In this document: piece by piece, positions 38,817 to 50,901 of the stretch
How positions within the stretch are numbered: position 1 is the stretch's first letter
Layout of the letters: every line of letters begins with the position of its first letter
NCBI GenBank assembly: GCA_951406725.2
Contig: OX597814.1
Coordinates: 169,218,001-169,280,000 of the forward strand
Source of the DNA: Octopus vulgaris
Taxonomy: Eukaryota
Length of the DNA: 62,000 bases
Reading direction: 5' to 3'
Position numbers and translations under genes: made by a program
Notes under the pieces: generated by a model
Seen by the model: the letters and a program-made list of their open reading frames with translations, nothing else
Told to the model about the DNA's origin: nothing
Database searches by the model: none

Positions 38817-39621
38817 AAGAGAGTGACCATGTGGTCTACTCTAGCACTAAAAATAGATCCGCAAGGTTTCAGCCCCAAAAGAAATTGTTTCCGATGAAAG
38901 TTAGCACTACTACCAGCACAAATAAACAGGGCAAATAAACATAGCAAAATGTAGATTAGTTCGAGACAATTGTTTCACTATTAATAAATTATGTAATTTT
39001 ACTTACATAAATTCATCTGTAGCTCCTCGGTCGAACCCGTCCAGAATACAATTTACCCAATCGCACGCTAGACTTCACCATAACGATAAACGCACGTGCG
39101 GTCGAGTCGATTGTACTCACTGTTATAATTTAAGTGCCCCTGTTAATTTTGGATGTAGTATCTGTTTCCGTGAATTTTGGTGGGCGATACACACTTAAAT
39201 TATAACAGCGAGTACAATCGACTCGACCGCACGTGCGTTTATCGTTATGGTGAAGTCTAGCGTGCGATTGGGTAAATTGTATTCTGGACGGGTTCGACCG
39301 AGGAGCTACAGATGAATTTATGTAAGTAAGATTACATAATTTATTAATAGCGAAACAATTGTCTCGAACTAATCTACATTTTGTTATGTTTATTTGCCCT
39401 GTTCATTTGTGCTGGTAGTAGTGCTAACTTTCATCGGAAACAATTTCTTTTGTGGCTGAAACCTTGCGGATCTATTTTTAGTGCTAGAGTAGACCACATG
39501 GTCACTCTCTTACATTTATGTATAAAATGTATCATAATCCGGGTCTTTTATGCACTAAGCCACTTGGTGGTAAATGGATGTACTATTAAATTAGTATCCA
39601 ATTTTATCACCCTTATCGGTT

Positions 39622-39625
<4 letters not shown>
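38817..39625 (+). mobile_element. Long fold-back element (320-bp arms) with hammerhead motifs and 3' tail; Penelope-like
   Basis: Arms 38817-39136 and 39192-39511 have only a handful of mismatches and a 55-bp spacer. A tail at 39512-39625 is on one side only; both flanks are (AT)n. Confidence 0.85.
39292..39369 (+). ncRNA. Hammerhead ribozyme motif (U4C core variant); mirror copy at 38959-39036(-)
   Basis: gttcga CCGAGGA GCTA...TAGC GAAAC AATT GTC tcgaac. Stem I is 6 bp, stem II closes with G-C, stem III is palindromic and the triplet is GUC. Confidence 0.72.
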
Positions 39626-39662
<37 letters not shown>

Positions 39663-40399
39663 TACATATACACACACACACACACATATATATATATACA
39701 TATCATCATCATCATCATCATCGTTTAGCATCTGCTTCCCATGCTAGCATGGGTTGGACGGTTCAACTGGGGTCTGGGAAGCCAGAAGGCTGCACCAGGC
39801 CCAGTCTGATCTGTCAATGTTTCTACGGCTGGATGCCCTTCCTAACGCCAACCACTCCGTGAGTGTAGTGGGTGCTTTTTACGTGCCAGACGAGGCTGGC
39901 AAACGGCCACAATCGGATGGTGCTCTTTATGTGCCACCAGCACGGGGGCCAGGCGAGACTGGCAACGGCCACGAATGGATGGTGCTTTTTACGTGCCATA
40001 TATATGTATATATGTATCATCATCATCATCATCATTATCCTCGTTTAACATCCGTTTTCCATGCTAGCATGGGTTGGACGGTTCGACCGGGGTCTGGAAA
40101 GCCAGGAGGCTGCTCCAGGCTCGAGTCTGTTCTGGCAGAGTTTCTACAGCTGGATGCCCTTCCCAACACCAACCACTCCATGAGTGTAGTGGGTGCTTTT
40201 TACGTACCACCAGCACAGATACCAGGCGAGGCTGGCAATGGCCACGATTGGTTGGTGCTTTTTACGTGCCACCGGCACGGAAGCCAATCAAAGGCAGCAC
40301 TGGCATCAGCCATGTTCGGATGGTGCTTCTTATGTGCCACCGGCACAGGTATCGCAGCTACAATTTCCATATATATATATTTATATATATATATTTGAG

Positions 40400-40716
40400 A
40401 CCCACCTTCGGTCGTGATTGACCATGGGATTACACTTAGAAAGTTACCCTCCCAGGCACAAGTCTGGGCATGCAGTCACCCATGCATACCAGACTCCCCT
40501 CTCCACGCCACCAGTGTTATCCAGAGGAAAGGCAACAGCAGATACAGCTTGGCACCTGTGACGTCACAACTCATTTCAACAGCTGAGTGAACTGGAGCAA
40601 CATGAAATAAAGTGTCTTGCTCAAGAACACAACACGCAGCCTGGTCTGTGATTTGAATTCACAACCTCACAATCGTAAACTTGATGCTCTAACCACTGAG
40701 CCATGTGCCTTCACAC
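40400..40716 (-). mobile_element. tRNA-headed SINE (same head type as 22178 and 24690-24860)
   Basis: Minus strand TGGCTCAGTGGTTAGAGC...GAATTCAAATC, followed by GCAAGACACTTTATTTCATGTTGCTCCAG. Confidence 0.7.
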
Positions 40717-41268
40717 ACATATATATCATCATCATCATCATCATCATTTAACGTAAGTTTTCCATGTTGGTATGGGTTGAATGGTTTGACATGGAGCTGC
40801 CTAGCAAGGAGCTGTCCAGGTTCAAACTGTCTCTTGTGGCATGGTTTCTATGGCTTAACATCGTGACTTAACAGTGCAATGGATACTTTTCACATGTCAC
40901 CATGCCACTGGCAGGGGTGCGTTTATGCAGCACTGGCACAGGTGCATTAATGCAGTACTGACATGGGTGCTTTTTAAGTGCCACAGCTTGACATGTCTTA
41001 TCAAGTACAGCAGATTGCCTCATCTCCCGGTCCCTTGTCCTGTAAGTCCCTTATCTGGGCCTCAGTGAGGCCCAGCATCTGAAGATTCTTTCTCATCACT
41101 TCATTCCATATTTTCTTGGGTTTTACGAAGCCTCATATTCTCATTAATTGCTCGAAATCTTTCTTTATGTTACTTGTTTTGTTTTCCATTTATTTCTCTC
41201 ATTAGCATACCCAAGTTTGCCTTCATATTTCATGCTGTTTATGCTTTGTGACGTCCTGTACCCATATA

Positions 41269-41308
<40 letters not shown>

Positions 41309-41382
41309 TACATATACATGTAAGTATGTACATATATGTATGTATATATGCATATATATATATTTTATTTATTATTTATATC

Positions 41383-41427
<45 letters not shown>

Positions 41428-42259
41428 ATGTAGATAGACCACCCCGTACACAGGTACCCTCCACAATTAGAGCTCAGCATTCTTTTACACAGCTGTCCTC
41501 ATCCATGCGCACACTTCTTTATGCGCATAGATGAGGACAGCTAGTCCTCGTCCATATGCATATTTATGTATGGTGATGCAAACAGGAAAAATAGAGCTCA
41601 AAATATGAATATATGTATATTTTTATTAATATTCAACATAGGTAACAGAGCAACTGAAAGCCCGTGAATTTTATGTTGGCACTAGTGCCAATGTATGAAA
41701 CTCTCAGACCTTAAGTCGTACAGCAGAAATCCTTGTTTTACTGGCTATACATGTGTAAACCAACTAATATCTGCAGAATTCATTATCGTCACTATTGATT
41801 AACGTCTGTTTCCATGCTGGCATGGGTTGGGCAGTTTGACTGAGGTCTGGAAAGCCAGGGGCTGCACCAGGCTCCATCTGATCTGGCAACGTGTCTGCAG
41901 CTGGATGTCCTTCCTAACACTTATCACTCTGAGGGTGTAGTGGGTGTTTTTTTACGTGCCACTGGCACAGGAGTCAGTCAGGTAGGCCTGGCATTGATCA
42001 CGTTTGGAGTGCTTTTTTCATGTTACTAGCATGGGAGCCAGTCAGAGGGCACTGACATTGGCCATGTTCAGATGGTGCTTTTTACGTACCACTGGCATGG
42101 GAGGCTTTAAGACATGCAGGTACACAGTTATTGTTGATTCATATTAATGCAATAATGTGCATAATATGTGAAACACTCAGCAATTATCAGAGACATTTGT
42201 AGTGATTTGGCTTAAAGCCTGTTCATTCTATCATCTTGTATCCTAATTATATATACATA

Positions 42260-43094
42260 CAGGGAGCAATGGGTAAATTGTTGCCATTATATATTTTTAA
42301 TTTCGAGCATGTGCATTTTTTGTTTTTGATTTTACCGACTACACAGTATAGTAGAAAAACGTAATTCACTCTGCCAGAAATTTGGAAATGACATGCTGTA
42401 CTGCTTCACATTTGTGTCAGAAGCTCAAATTCAAACACTTCAGTATGTTGGGTGTCAATCTGAGTGACCAGAACATGTACTGAGATGGATAAAAATCAAA
42501 CATCCAGCCAACATCATGGTGTTAGGTGTGATCACTAGTGATGGCAACATTATACCTCCATTCATCTTCCCACACAGCCTCAGACCCAATACAGAGGCCT
42601 GCATTAAGTGCCTGGAGGAAGTAGTGCTGCCCTGGGTCAAGAGGGTGGTTGCTAGAAGACCCTATGTCTGGCAACAGGACTCTGCACCATGCCGCACAAG
42701 CTGGAGAACCCATTCATGGATGTCACACTATCTCTGCAACTACATCGCCCTTAACATCTGGCCAGCTAACTACCCAGACTGCTACCTACTTGATTATTAT
42801 GCGTGGGGCACAGTTGAGCAAGAGATCAACAAAACTCTTTATAACACCAAAGTTGAACTGAATGCAAGGATTATGGCAGCATTTACCAACTCAAACGAGG
42901 AAACTGTCCAGAACAGTTGCAGGAGATTCCAAAGTCATCTGGAGGCTATCAATGGCAATTTTATTGACTAAATTTACTCTTTAGTATTTCAAGATATTCT
43001 TATGTAATTTTGGTAAATATATCTGTTAAAATGAGATGTCAGTATTATTTTCATTTTTGCATAATTTAGATGACAATTCATTCACCACACCCAG
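42260..43094 (+). mobile_element. Internally deleted Tc1/mariner element, DD37D (maT) type
   Basis: Degenerate TIRs with TA flanks. ORF 42516-42971 has QQDSAP followed by WPANYPDCYLLD, with 37 residues between the second and third catalytic Asp positions. Confidence 0.85.
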
Positions 43095-43779
43095 TATATA
43101 TATATTATTTTATTCTTTTATTTGTTTCAGTCATTTGACTGCAGCCATGCTGGAGCACCACCTTGAAGGAATTTAGTTGAACAAATCGACCCAGGACTAA
43201 TTTTTTTAAAGCTTAGTACTTATTCTATCGATATCTTTTGTTGAACTGCTAAGTTACAGGGATGTAAACACAGCAACACTAGGTATCAAGCGATGATGGG
43301 GAGACAAACACAGACCCAAAGATACACACACACACATATGATGGGCTTTTTTCAGTTTCCATTTACCAAATCCACTTACAAGGCTTTGGTCAGCCCGAGG
43401 CAATAGTAGAAGGCACTTGCCCAAGATGCTACGCAGTGGGACTGAACCTGGAACCACGTGGTTGGGAAGCAAGCTTCTTACCACACAGCCATGCCTGCAC
43501 CTATATTCATGTATATATAGTAAGTCAGTAGAGTATAATTTGAGGGAGATTCGGTTGCTGTTTCTTCAAGGGTGAGCAACTGTGAGGCTCCCTCAGTAGC
43601 TCATTTTAATTCATATTTTCCCAGTAGTTATTAAATTGCAGCCGTTTAAACAAAATAAACATCAGGCCTATCATTCTATCCTCACCAGACTGGTAGGACC
43701 AGCAATGTATGCTAAGCCTCTCATTTTCCCCCTCCACCCCTCTCCTCCTCCTTCTTTGTCTTCTGCTTTCATTCTTCTT

Positions 43780-44150
43780 TACTTCTTTTTCAATCTTCTT
43801 TCAATCTCCTTTTAATCTTCTCTCTATCTTCTTTTAATCTTCTTCCATTCTTCTTCTTCTTCTTCTTCTTCTTCTTCTTCTTCTTCTTTTTCTCCTCCTC
43901 CTCCTTCTCTTCTTCTTCTTCTTTCATTCTTCTTCTTCTTCTTCTTCTTCCTTCATTCTTTCTTCTTCTCCTCCTCCTCCTCCTTTTCTTCTTCTTCTTC
44001 TTCTTCTTCTTCTTCTTCTTCTTCTTCTTCTTCTTCTTCTTCTTTCATTCTTTCATTCTTCTTTCATTCTTCTTTCTTCTTTCTTCTTTCTTTGATTCTT
44101 CTTTCTTCTTTCTTCCTTCAGTCTTCGCTTCTTTCATCCTTCTTTCGTTC
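43780..44150. repeat. (TTC)n-rich microsatellite
   Basis: Read directly; a similar (TTC/CCT)n tract lies at 46130-46550. Confidence 0.95.
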
Positions 44151-45469
44151 ATTCAATCTGACACTCGGGTCCAATTAAACAACAGACGAAAAGCATTAAA
44201 ATTTCCCCCTTTCATGTTGCAATGTTTTTTTTTTATTCACATATCAGTTTTTATACCTATGCACATGCTGATCACACACACGCATACGCACACACACACA
44301 CACAAACACACACACACAGCACACACACACATGTATACATGCTCATGCATTCATGCATATATATATATATATATATATAAAACAATCTAAGACTTAGGGA
44401 GATACCTCAGTAAAAGAGAAGAAAATTGATTTTCACAGAGGAGTTTTTCTCACCGAAGCAAGAGTTGTATGTAAAGTGCATATGGTAGTCTGTGTAACGG
44501 AAGCACAATTATCTGTGACTGAAGAGAAAATTATCGTTTTATAAGCCAGACTGACATACAGTAAGGACTAGATGGAATAAGGGTGGGAGTCATTGTTTTA
44601 CTATAGATATTTGTAAGTATAATGGATATTTAAGCTCAACATGTTGAAGAAATTGAGAGAAAGAAGAAGGGGAAATATAGAGGAGGGAGATAGAGATAGA
44701 GATAGAGAGAGAGACAGACAGAGATAGAGGAAAAGGAAAAGGAAAGATCTATGGTTGTTTTGTACAAGAACCATGTCAAAGAGGAAGCGGGAGAGAAGAG
44801 TAAAGTGAGAGCGAGGGAGAGGGAGGAGAGATGGAGAGTCAGACAAAAGGAAGTCAAGATTAAAGCTTTCAGTGTTTTTATTATACTTTGAAAATTTGAT
44901 ATCAGTATTAAGATAAATAAATAATTCCTGTTGAGATTATGGCATCAATGAAGTAAAACTAAATAAAACAAGATTACGAGACATGAAAGAACACACAAAC
45001 ACACACACGTGTGCATGTGCGCACATATGCACAATAATCACACTTAAGTTTAGAAGGTAATTACAGCACATTTCTTGTATATTTTTCTAAAAGTAACAAT
45101 GTTTATTTTCCAGTTGCTTCTTTCAAGTAAACAAATGAGCAGTGGGATAGCTAGACTGTGTGCCTCTCAGAGCAGCACTTGAGTATTTTCCCTACCCACA
45201 ACTGTGCCAATATAGCCTATACAGGCTTAGACAGCAGGCCTAAAAGTATTGCTTGAGGTGAAAGACCTTTGCTCCACAACTATATATAAGCCTTACAGGA
45301 GTGGCTGTGTGGTAAGTAGTTTGCTTACTAACCACATGGTTCTGAGTTCAGTTCCACTGTGTGGCATGGTGGGTAAGTGTCTTCTACTATAGCCTTGGGC
45401 TCTGTGAGTGGATTTGGTATATAGAAACTGAAAGAAGCCCGTAATATATATATATATATACATATATAT

Positions 45470-45650
45470 ATACCAGAGTAAGCACATAAATGCAAAACAA
45501 GGTGGAAAAAATGAAACTGGAATACCAGAGGTAGAGTAATATGCTTTATTGAAAAGCACCAGAAATATTACAAAAACTGTTACTCAGAGTTTCATGTTCC
45601 CGTTCGTCAGACAGTTTATCTCTCTCTCTATCTCTCTCTCTCTCCTCTAC
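45470..45650 (-). mobile_element. Penelope-like pseudo-LTR fragment
   Basis: On the minus strand a hammerhead is followed by AATAAA and an AT-rich tail ending in the (TA)n of a family A SINE head (45296-45445). Confidence 0.65.
45575..45616 (-). ncRNA. Minimal type I hammerhead ribozyme motif
   Basis: aactgt CTGACGA acg ggaa cat GAA ACTC t GAGT A acagtt. Stem I is 6 bp, the core is canonical and the triplet is GUA. Confidence 0.78.
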
Positions 45651-45683
45651 ATTTCCCCTCTTCTTTCTCTCTATTTCTTCAAC

Positions 45684-45888
45684 ATATTTGGTACTACCTC
45701 CGAGATCTGCACCCGCAGTTGGCTTCACCTGGGCTCGTGCTCGCAGCTTGCATGCACGCCACGGTGCCCTCCTACTTGACCGGGCATCGGAAAGTCGCCT
45801 TGCCAGCGATCGCGCAACCTGTTGCCTGGCCGGTCCGGCATCGGTTGCTCGCTCCAGCGCCATCCACTTTCGTGGCCAGTCGATTCGG
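45684..45888 (-). rRNA. Isolated 28S (LSU) rRNA fragment, about 205 bp (dispersed pseudogene copy)
   Basis: The minus strand has CCGAATCGACTGGCC.CGAAAGTGGATGGCGCTGGAGCG, AGTAGGAGGGC and GGTGCAGATCTCGGAGGTAGTACCAAATAT. These match conserved eukaryotic LSU blocks in order; the segment is a GC/CpG-rich island in AT-rich DNA. Confidence 0.9.
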
Positions 45889-46884
45889 TACACTGCACAT
45901 GTAGTTCAAGAAATAAACTTTAGTGCACATTGTGTCAAATTAAATCTGCTTGAATATCATGAAGGGCTATGTGGTTAAGAAACTTGTGGCTTTGTGGTTA
46001 AGACACCAGTATGGCCACAGTCTAATGACTGAAACAAGTAAAAGATGAAAATAGAAAAATTAAACCGGATACAAGATTCATCATGTGTGTGTGTGGGGGG
46101 GTGTAATTTCAGTCATTTTAATCTTCTTTCATTCTTCTTCTTCTTCTTCTTCTTCTTCTTCTCCTCCTCCTTCTTCTTCTTCTCCTCCTCCTCCTTCCCC
46201 TTCCCCTTTTCTTCTTCTTCTTCTTCTTCTTCTTCTTCTTCTTCCCCTTCCCCCTTTTCTTCTTCTTCTCCCTTTTCTCCCTTTTCTCCTCCTCCTCCTT
46301 CTCCCTTTCTTCTTCTTCTTCTTCTTCTTCTTCTTCTTCTTCTTCTCCTCCGCCTCCTCCTCCTCCTCCTCCTCCTCATTCTTCTTCTTTTTCTTCCTCC
46401 TCCTCCTCCTCCTCTCCCCCTCCCCTCCCTCCCCCTTCCCCTCCCCTCCCCTCCCCCTGCCCCTCCCCCTGCCCCTGCCCCTCCCCCCTTCTTCTTCTTC
46501 TTCTTCTTCTTCTTCTTCTTCTTCTTCTTCTTCTTCCTCCTCCTCTTCCTTTGAATTTGCTGCAGAAAGTTGGTCTATGTTTGTGGTGATGGGGAATGGT
46601 GGTGGTGGTGGTGGTAGGGAGTGCTAGGAGTGCTCAAAGCCATTACCAGCTCTTCATGACTGATGAGGTTCATGCAGGTAATGTTTAACTCGAACATCTA
46701 TAAATTGATGATGCCTGCAGGAAAGAAATATGTGAACGAAGAAAAGGAATCCAGGGGAAAACTCTTTTAGATGTGGGGAGGTCTAAGTGTCAGGAGGATG
46801 TTGTGAGGATGTGACAGGAAGACGAAAGACAGATGGAGCTAGTGGTGCACGACTTTCTACTTCAGGAGAATAGTAAGTTTTATA

Positions 46885-47375
46885 TATTTCTTTACTACCC
46901 ACAAGGGGCTAAACACAGAAGGGATAAACAAAGACAGACAAATGGATTAAGTTGATTATATCGACCCCAGTGTATAGGGTGGCGAGCTGGCAGAAACGTT
47001 AGCGCACTGGGTGAAATGCTTAGCGGTATTTCGTCTGTCGTTACCTTCTGAGTTCAAATTCCGCCGAGGTCAACTTTGCCTTTCATCCTTTCGGGGTCGA
47101 TAAATAAAGTACCAGTTTCGCACTGGGGTCGATGTAATTGACTTAATCCCTTTGTCTGTCCTTGTTTGTCCCCTCTATGTTTAGCCCCTTGTGGGTAGTA
47201 AAGAAATATATATCGACCCCAGTGTGTAACTGGTACTTATTTGATCGACCCCGAAAGTATGGAAGGCAAACCTCAACCTCGGCGGAACTTGAACTCAGAA
47301 TGTAGCGGCAGACGAAATACTGCTGAATATTTCGCCCGGCATGCTAACGTTTCTGCTAGCTCACCGCCCTTATGG
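46885..47375. mobile_element. SINE family B(+) nested inside SINE family B(-)
   Basis: The insert at 46974-47208 is flanked by a 17-bp TSD TATATCGACCCCAGTGT (46957, 47209). Confidence 0.9.
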
Positions 47376-49334
47376 AGAATAGTAAGTTTTATAGTAATGG
47401 TAGAAGAGACAAAGGCACGGACCAGTCTGTTGAGGTTGGAGGTTTATGAATCTATGGTCAGTCTTTCCTTTGCCTTGATGTTGTTTATCCCCAGGCCAGC
47501 TCTTATCTAAGGAATTTATTGCCAAAGATGTTCCATCTACGACTATCATATCTTTTATTATAATACACTATATCCAGAGCTACATTACTCATTTGGTCCC
47601 ATTTTTTTGTTTGTTTTTGTAATCTAATAGGGATGATTAAGGTGGTGAGCTGACAGAGTCGTTAGTATACTCTTTACTCTTTTACTCTTTTATTTGTTTC
47701 AGTCATGTGACTGTGGCCATGCTGGAGCACCACCTTTGGTCGAGCAAATTGACCCCAGGACTTATTATTTGTAAACCTAGTACTTATTCTATCGATCTCT
47801 TTTTTGCCAAACTGCTAAGTTACAGGGACATAAACACACCAGCATCGGTTGTCAAGCGATGTTGGGGGGACAAACACAGACCCGGTGCCAGTGACATGTA
47901 AAAAGCACCATCCGAACGTGGCAGATGCCAGCGCCGCCTGACTGGCATCTGTGTCGGTGACATGTAAAAGCACCAACCGATTGTGGCCGTTTGCCAGCTT
48001 CCTCTGGCTCCTGTGCCGGTGGCACGTAAAAATCACCCACTACACTCACAGAGTGGTTGGCATTAGGAAGGGCATCCATCTGTAGAAACACTGGCAGATC
48101 AGACTGGAGCCTGGTGCAGCCTCCTGGCTTCCCAGACCCTGGTCGAACCATCCAACTCATGCTAGCATGGAAAACGGACGTTAAACGATGATGATGATGA
48201 CAATGATGATGATACACATATATATATATACATATATACGATGGGCTTCTTTCAGTTTCCGTTTACCAAATCCACTCACAAGGCTTTGGTCGGTCCAAGG
48301 ATATAGTAGAAAACACTTGCCCAAGGTGCCACGCAGTGGGACCAAACCCGGAACCATGTGGTTCATAAGCAAGCTACTTACCACAAAACCACTCCTACGC
48401 CTGCTTAGCGACATTTCATCTGTCTTCACATTCTGAGTTCAAATTCTGCTGTGGCTGACTTTGCTCTTCATCTTTTGGAGACAATAAAATAAATACCAGC
48501 TGAGCACTGGGGTCAGTTTAAGACTTACCCCTTGCAACTGCTGGCTCTGTACCAACATTTGAAGCCAGTATAATGGGAATGATTTAGAATTGATTGCTAT
48601 TTTTATCAGGATGAATGATCATACAGTTCTTGGCTTGTTTTAGCCTTATATTATGGTGTAGGTGAGTTAATGCAACTTAGAATCTTTGTGACATGAGCAG
48701 CTGTGTTCTGAATAAAATATATGAACTTTTCTTTATCCTATAACAATGATAGCTACTAATTTCTCTGTTAGAAAGGAAATAGCATGTTGATAGCAATAAA
48801 TTGATCCTATCTAGATAGAGAGAATAAATATACAAGCACAAAAATAACAAACAACAAATATTATCATAAAAAAGATAGCATCAGTTTTCTATAAGTAATT
48901 TTTAGAAAGAATTTTGGAATTTATTTCATATATGTTTGTGTGTGTGTGCTTGTGTGCAAGCACAAGCATGGCTTTGTGGTGAGAAGTTTGCTTCCCAACC
49001 ACATGGTTTCAAGTTCATTCCTACTGTGTGGCACCTTGTGCATGGGTCTTCTATTATGTCCTTGAGCTGGCCAAGCCGTGTGAATTTGGTAGATGGAAAC
49101 TGAAAGAAGCTTGTCATGTATATATTTTTATGGTTATATACTGTTAAGAACATAGCATACAGTATAAAGCTTGTCTACCTTCAGAGTTCACACTGTGCTA
49201 TCCGGTAGTAGTATTATATGTACTTCTAGATATGTATTTGGGCTTCTGTCCAACCATACTCCTTCTTGTTGACTCCATCTTATTCAATTATATATATATA
49301 ATATAATATATATAATAATATTATATATATATAA

Positions 49335-50180
49335 TATAATTAGGGCTTAGTAAAATAAATTACTTCGCCACATACTGAACTTAATAGAAATAGCAGCCAA
49401 AAAAATTTTTTTAGCCATTTCTACTACTTAAAGAAAATTTCTCTCAGATAATGTTTACTCAAGATAACTCACGAAGGTATGGAGGTAAATACAGAAAAAT
49501 ATCACAAGTACAAAGATCGTTTGAGAACGTCAACGTTTCTAGATTAGCCAAATAAAATCAGCATTTCTTTCGTCAGCTCAAAATTTCTTAATTTGGATTT
49601 GGAAACACTAAAAAGAAAGAACTTTACCTCTCGGTAATTCATTTCTCTCTGTCATACTGCCTCGGTTCTCGCGGTTAAAATATAATGTTTGCTAGATAGA
49701 CCACGTGGGTGGAAGAGGAGTGCAGGAATTTACGCTTGCGCATTTTGAATTTGTTAGCACTGGCAGTTTGAGCTGGTTCATCTGAGGTGATAAGTTCGCC
49801 GAGAGGTAAAGTTCTTTCTTTTTAGTGTTTCCAAATCCAAATTAAGAAATTTTGAGCTGACGAAAGAAATGCTGATTTTATTTGGCTAATCTAGAAACGT
49901 TGACGTTCTCAAACGATCTTTGTACTTGTGATATTTTTCTGTATTTACCTCCATACCTTCGTGAGTTATCTTGAGTAAACATTATCTGAGAGAAATTTTC
50001 TTTAAGTAGTAGAAATGGCTAAAAAATTTTTTTTGGCTGCTATTTCTATTAAGTTCAGTATGTGGCAAAGTAATTTATTTTACTAAGCCCTAATTATATA
50101 ATGTAATATTTTGAATTCGCCTTAAATGGTCCTTTTACATACTGAACACTTGGTGAAATTGATTAATTAATTTTACCCTC
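49335..50180 (+). mobile_element. Long fold-back element (300-bp arms) with hammerhead motifs and 3' tail; Penelope-like
   Basis: Arms 49335-49634 and 49799-50098, with one mismatch seen and a 164-bp spacer. A right-only tail extends to the (AT)n near 50180. Confidence 0.88.
49851..49913 (+). ncRNA. Hammerhead ribozyme motif; mirror copy at 49520-49582(-)
   Basis: tttgag CTGACGA aAGA...TCTa GAA ACGT tg ACGT T ctcaaa. Stem I is 6 bp, the core is canonical and the triplet is GUU. Confidence 0.75.
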
Positions 50181-50281
50181 AATTGTTGATATATATATAT
50201 ATATATATAGAAATTCGGGGTGAGTACTTGATAATTATAAGCACCTGTGTATACCGTTTGGTGGTGTAGGTGGTGGAGTAA

Positions 50282-50544
50282 ATTGATCAAAATAAAAACA
50301 TGATGCCAAGGATTCAGCGGTACATATGTTTCGGGCCTTTATTAGACAGATTTATAACAATGCATAATGTATGTCTGTGGCCTTCTTCAGCCGCGCACAA
50401 CAGCGTAACACATGTCCTTGTGGAAGCTGTTGTGCGCGGCTGAAGAAGGCCACAGACATACATTATGCATTGTTATAAATCTGTCTAATAAAGGCCCGAA
50501 ACATATGTACCGCTGAATCCTTGGCATCATGTTTTTATTTTGAT

Positions 50545-50548
<4 letters not shown>
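50282..50548. mobile_element. Perfect fold-back (123-bp arms, 21-bp spacer) with hammerhead motifs
   Basis: 50282-50404 is the exact reverse complement of 50426-50548. Confidence 0.9.
50436..50513 (+). ncRNA. Hammerhead ribozyme motif; mirror copy at 50317-50394(-)
   Basis: gcgg CTGAAGA aGGCC...GGCCc GAAAC ATAT GTA ccgc. Stem III is palindromic and the triplet is GUA. Confidence 0.75.
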
Positions 50549-50582
<34 letters not shown>

Positions 50583-50588
50583 TAAAAC

Positions 50589-50901
50589 TTAGGGTATCTA
50601 CAAGACACTGTCATGCTGAAAATAGCAGCCAGGATCTGACTCTAAAATCACATTAAGTGTTCATATAGCACAAAGAGAGAAGACAAAAAGACAAAATAAA
50701 AGTAGTAAAAAATTAATGGATAATTCCAGATCTTGGATTTCTGACTTTGCATTTAGAAATGCTTTTTTTACTAGTAATTTTTTATTAGATTTATTTAGTC
50801 TTTTTGTCTTCTCTCTTTGTACTATATGAACACTTAATGTGGTTTTAGAGTCAGATCCTGACTGCTATTTTCAGCATGGTGGTATCTCGTAGATACCCTA
50901 A
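50589..50901. mobile_element. Imperfect fold-back (about 110-bp arms), no hammerhead core seen
   Basis: TTAGGGTATCTAC...GTAGATACCCTAA. It shares TAGGG termini and the AAATAGCAGCC motif with the 49335 element. Confidence 0.75.

Noticed and set aside
45684-45888. Functional rDNA unit
   Set aside because: Only about 205 bp, with no adjoining LSU, 5.8S or 18S sequence.
46660-46700. Hammerhead starting at CTGATGA
   Set aside because: It is followed by GAAC rather than GAAA, and stems I-III do not pair convincingly.
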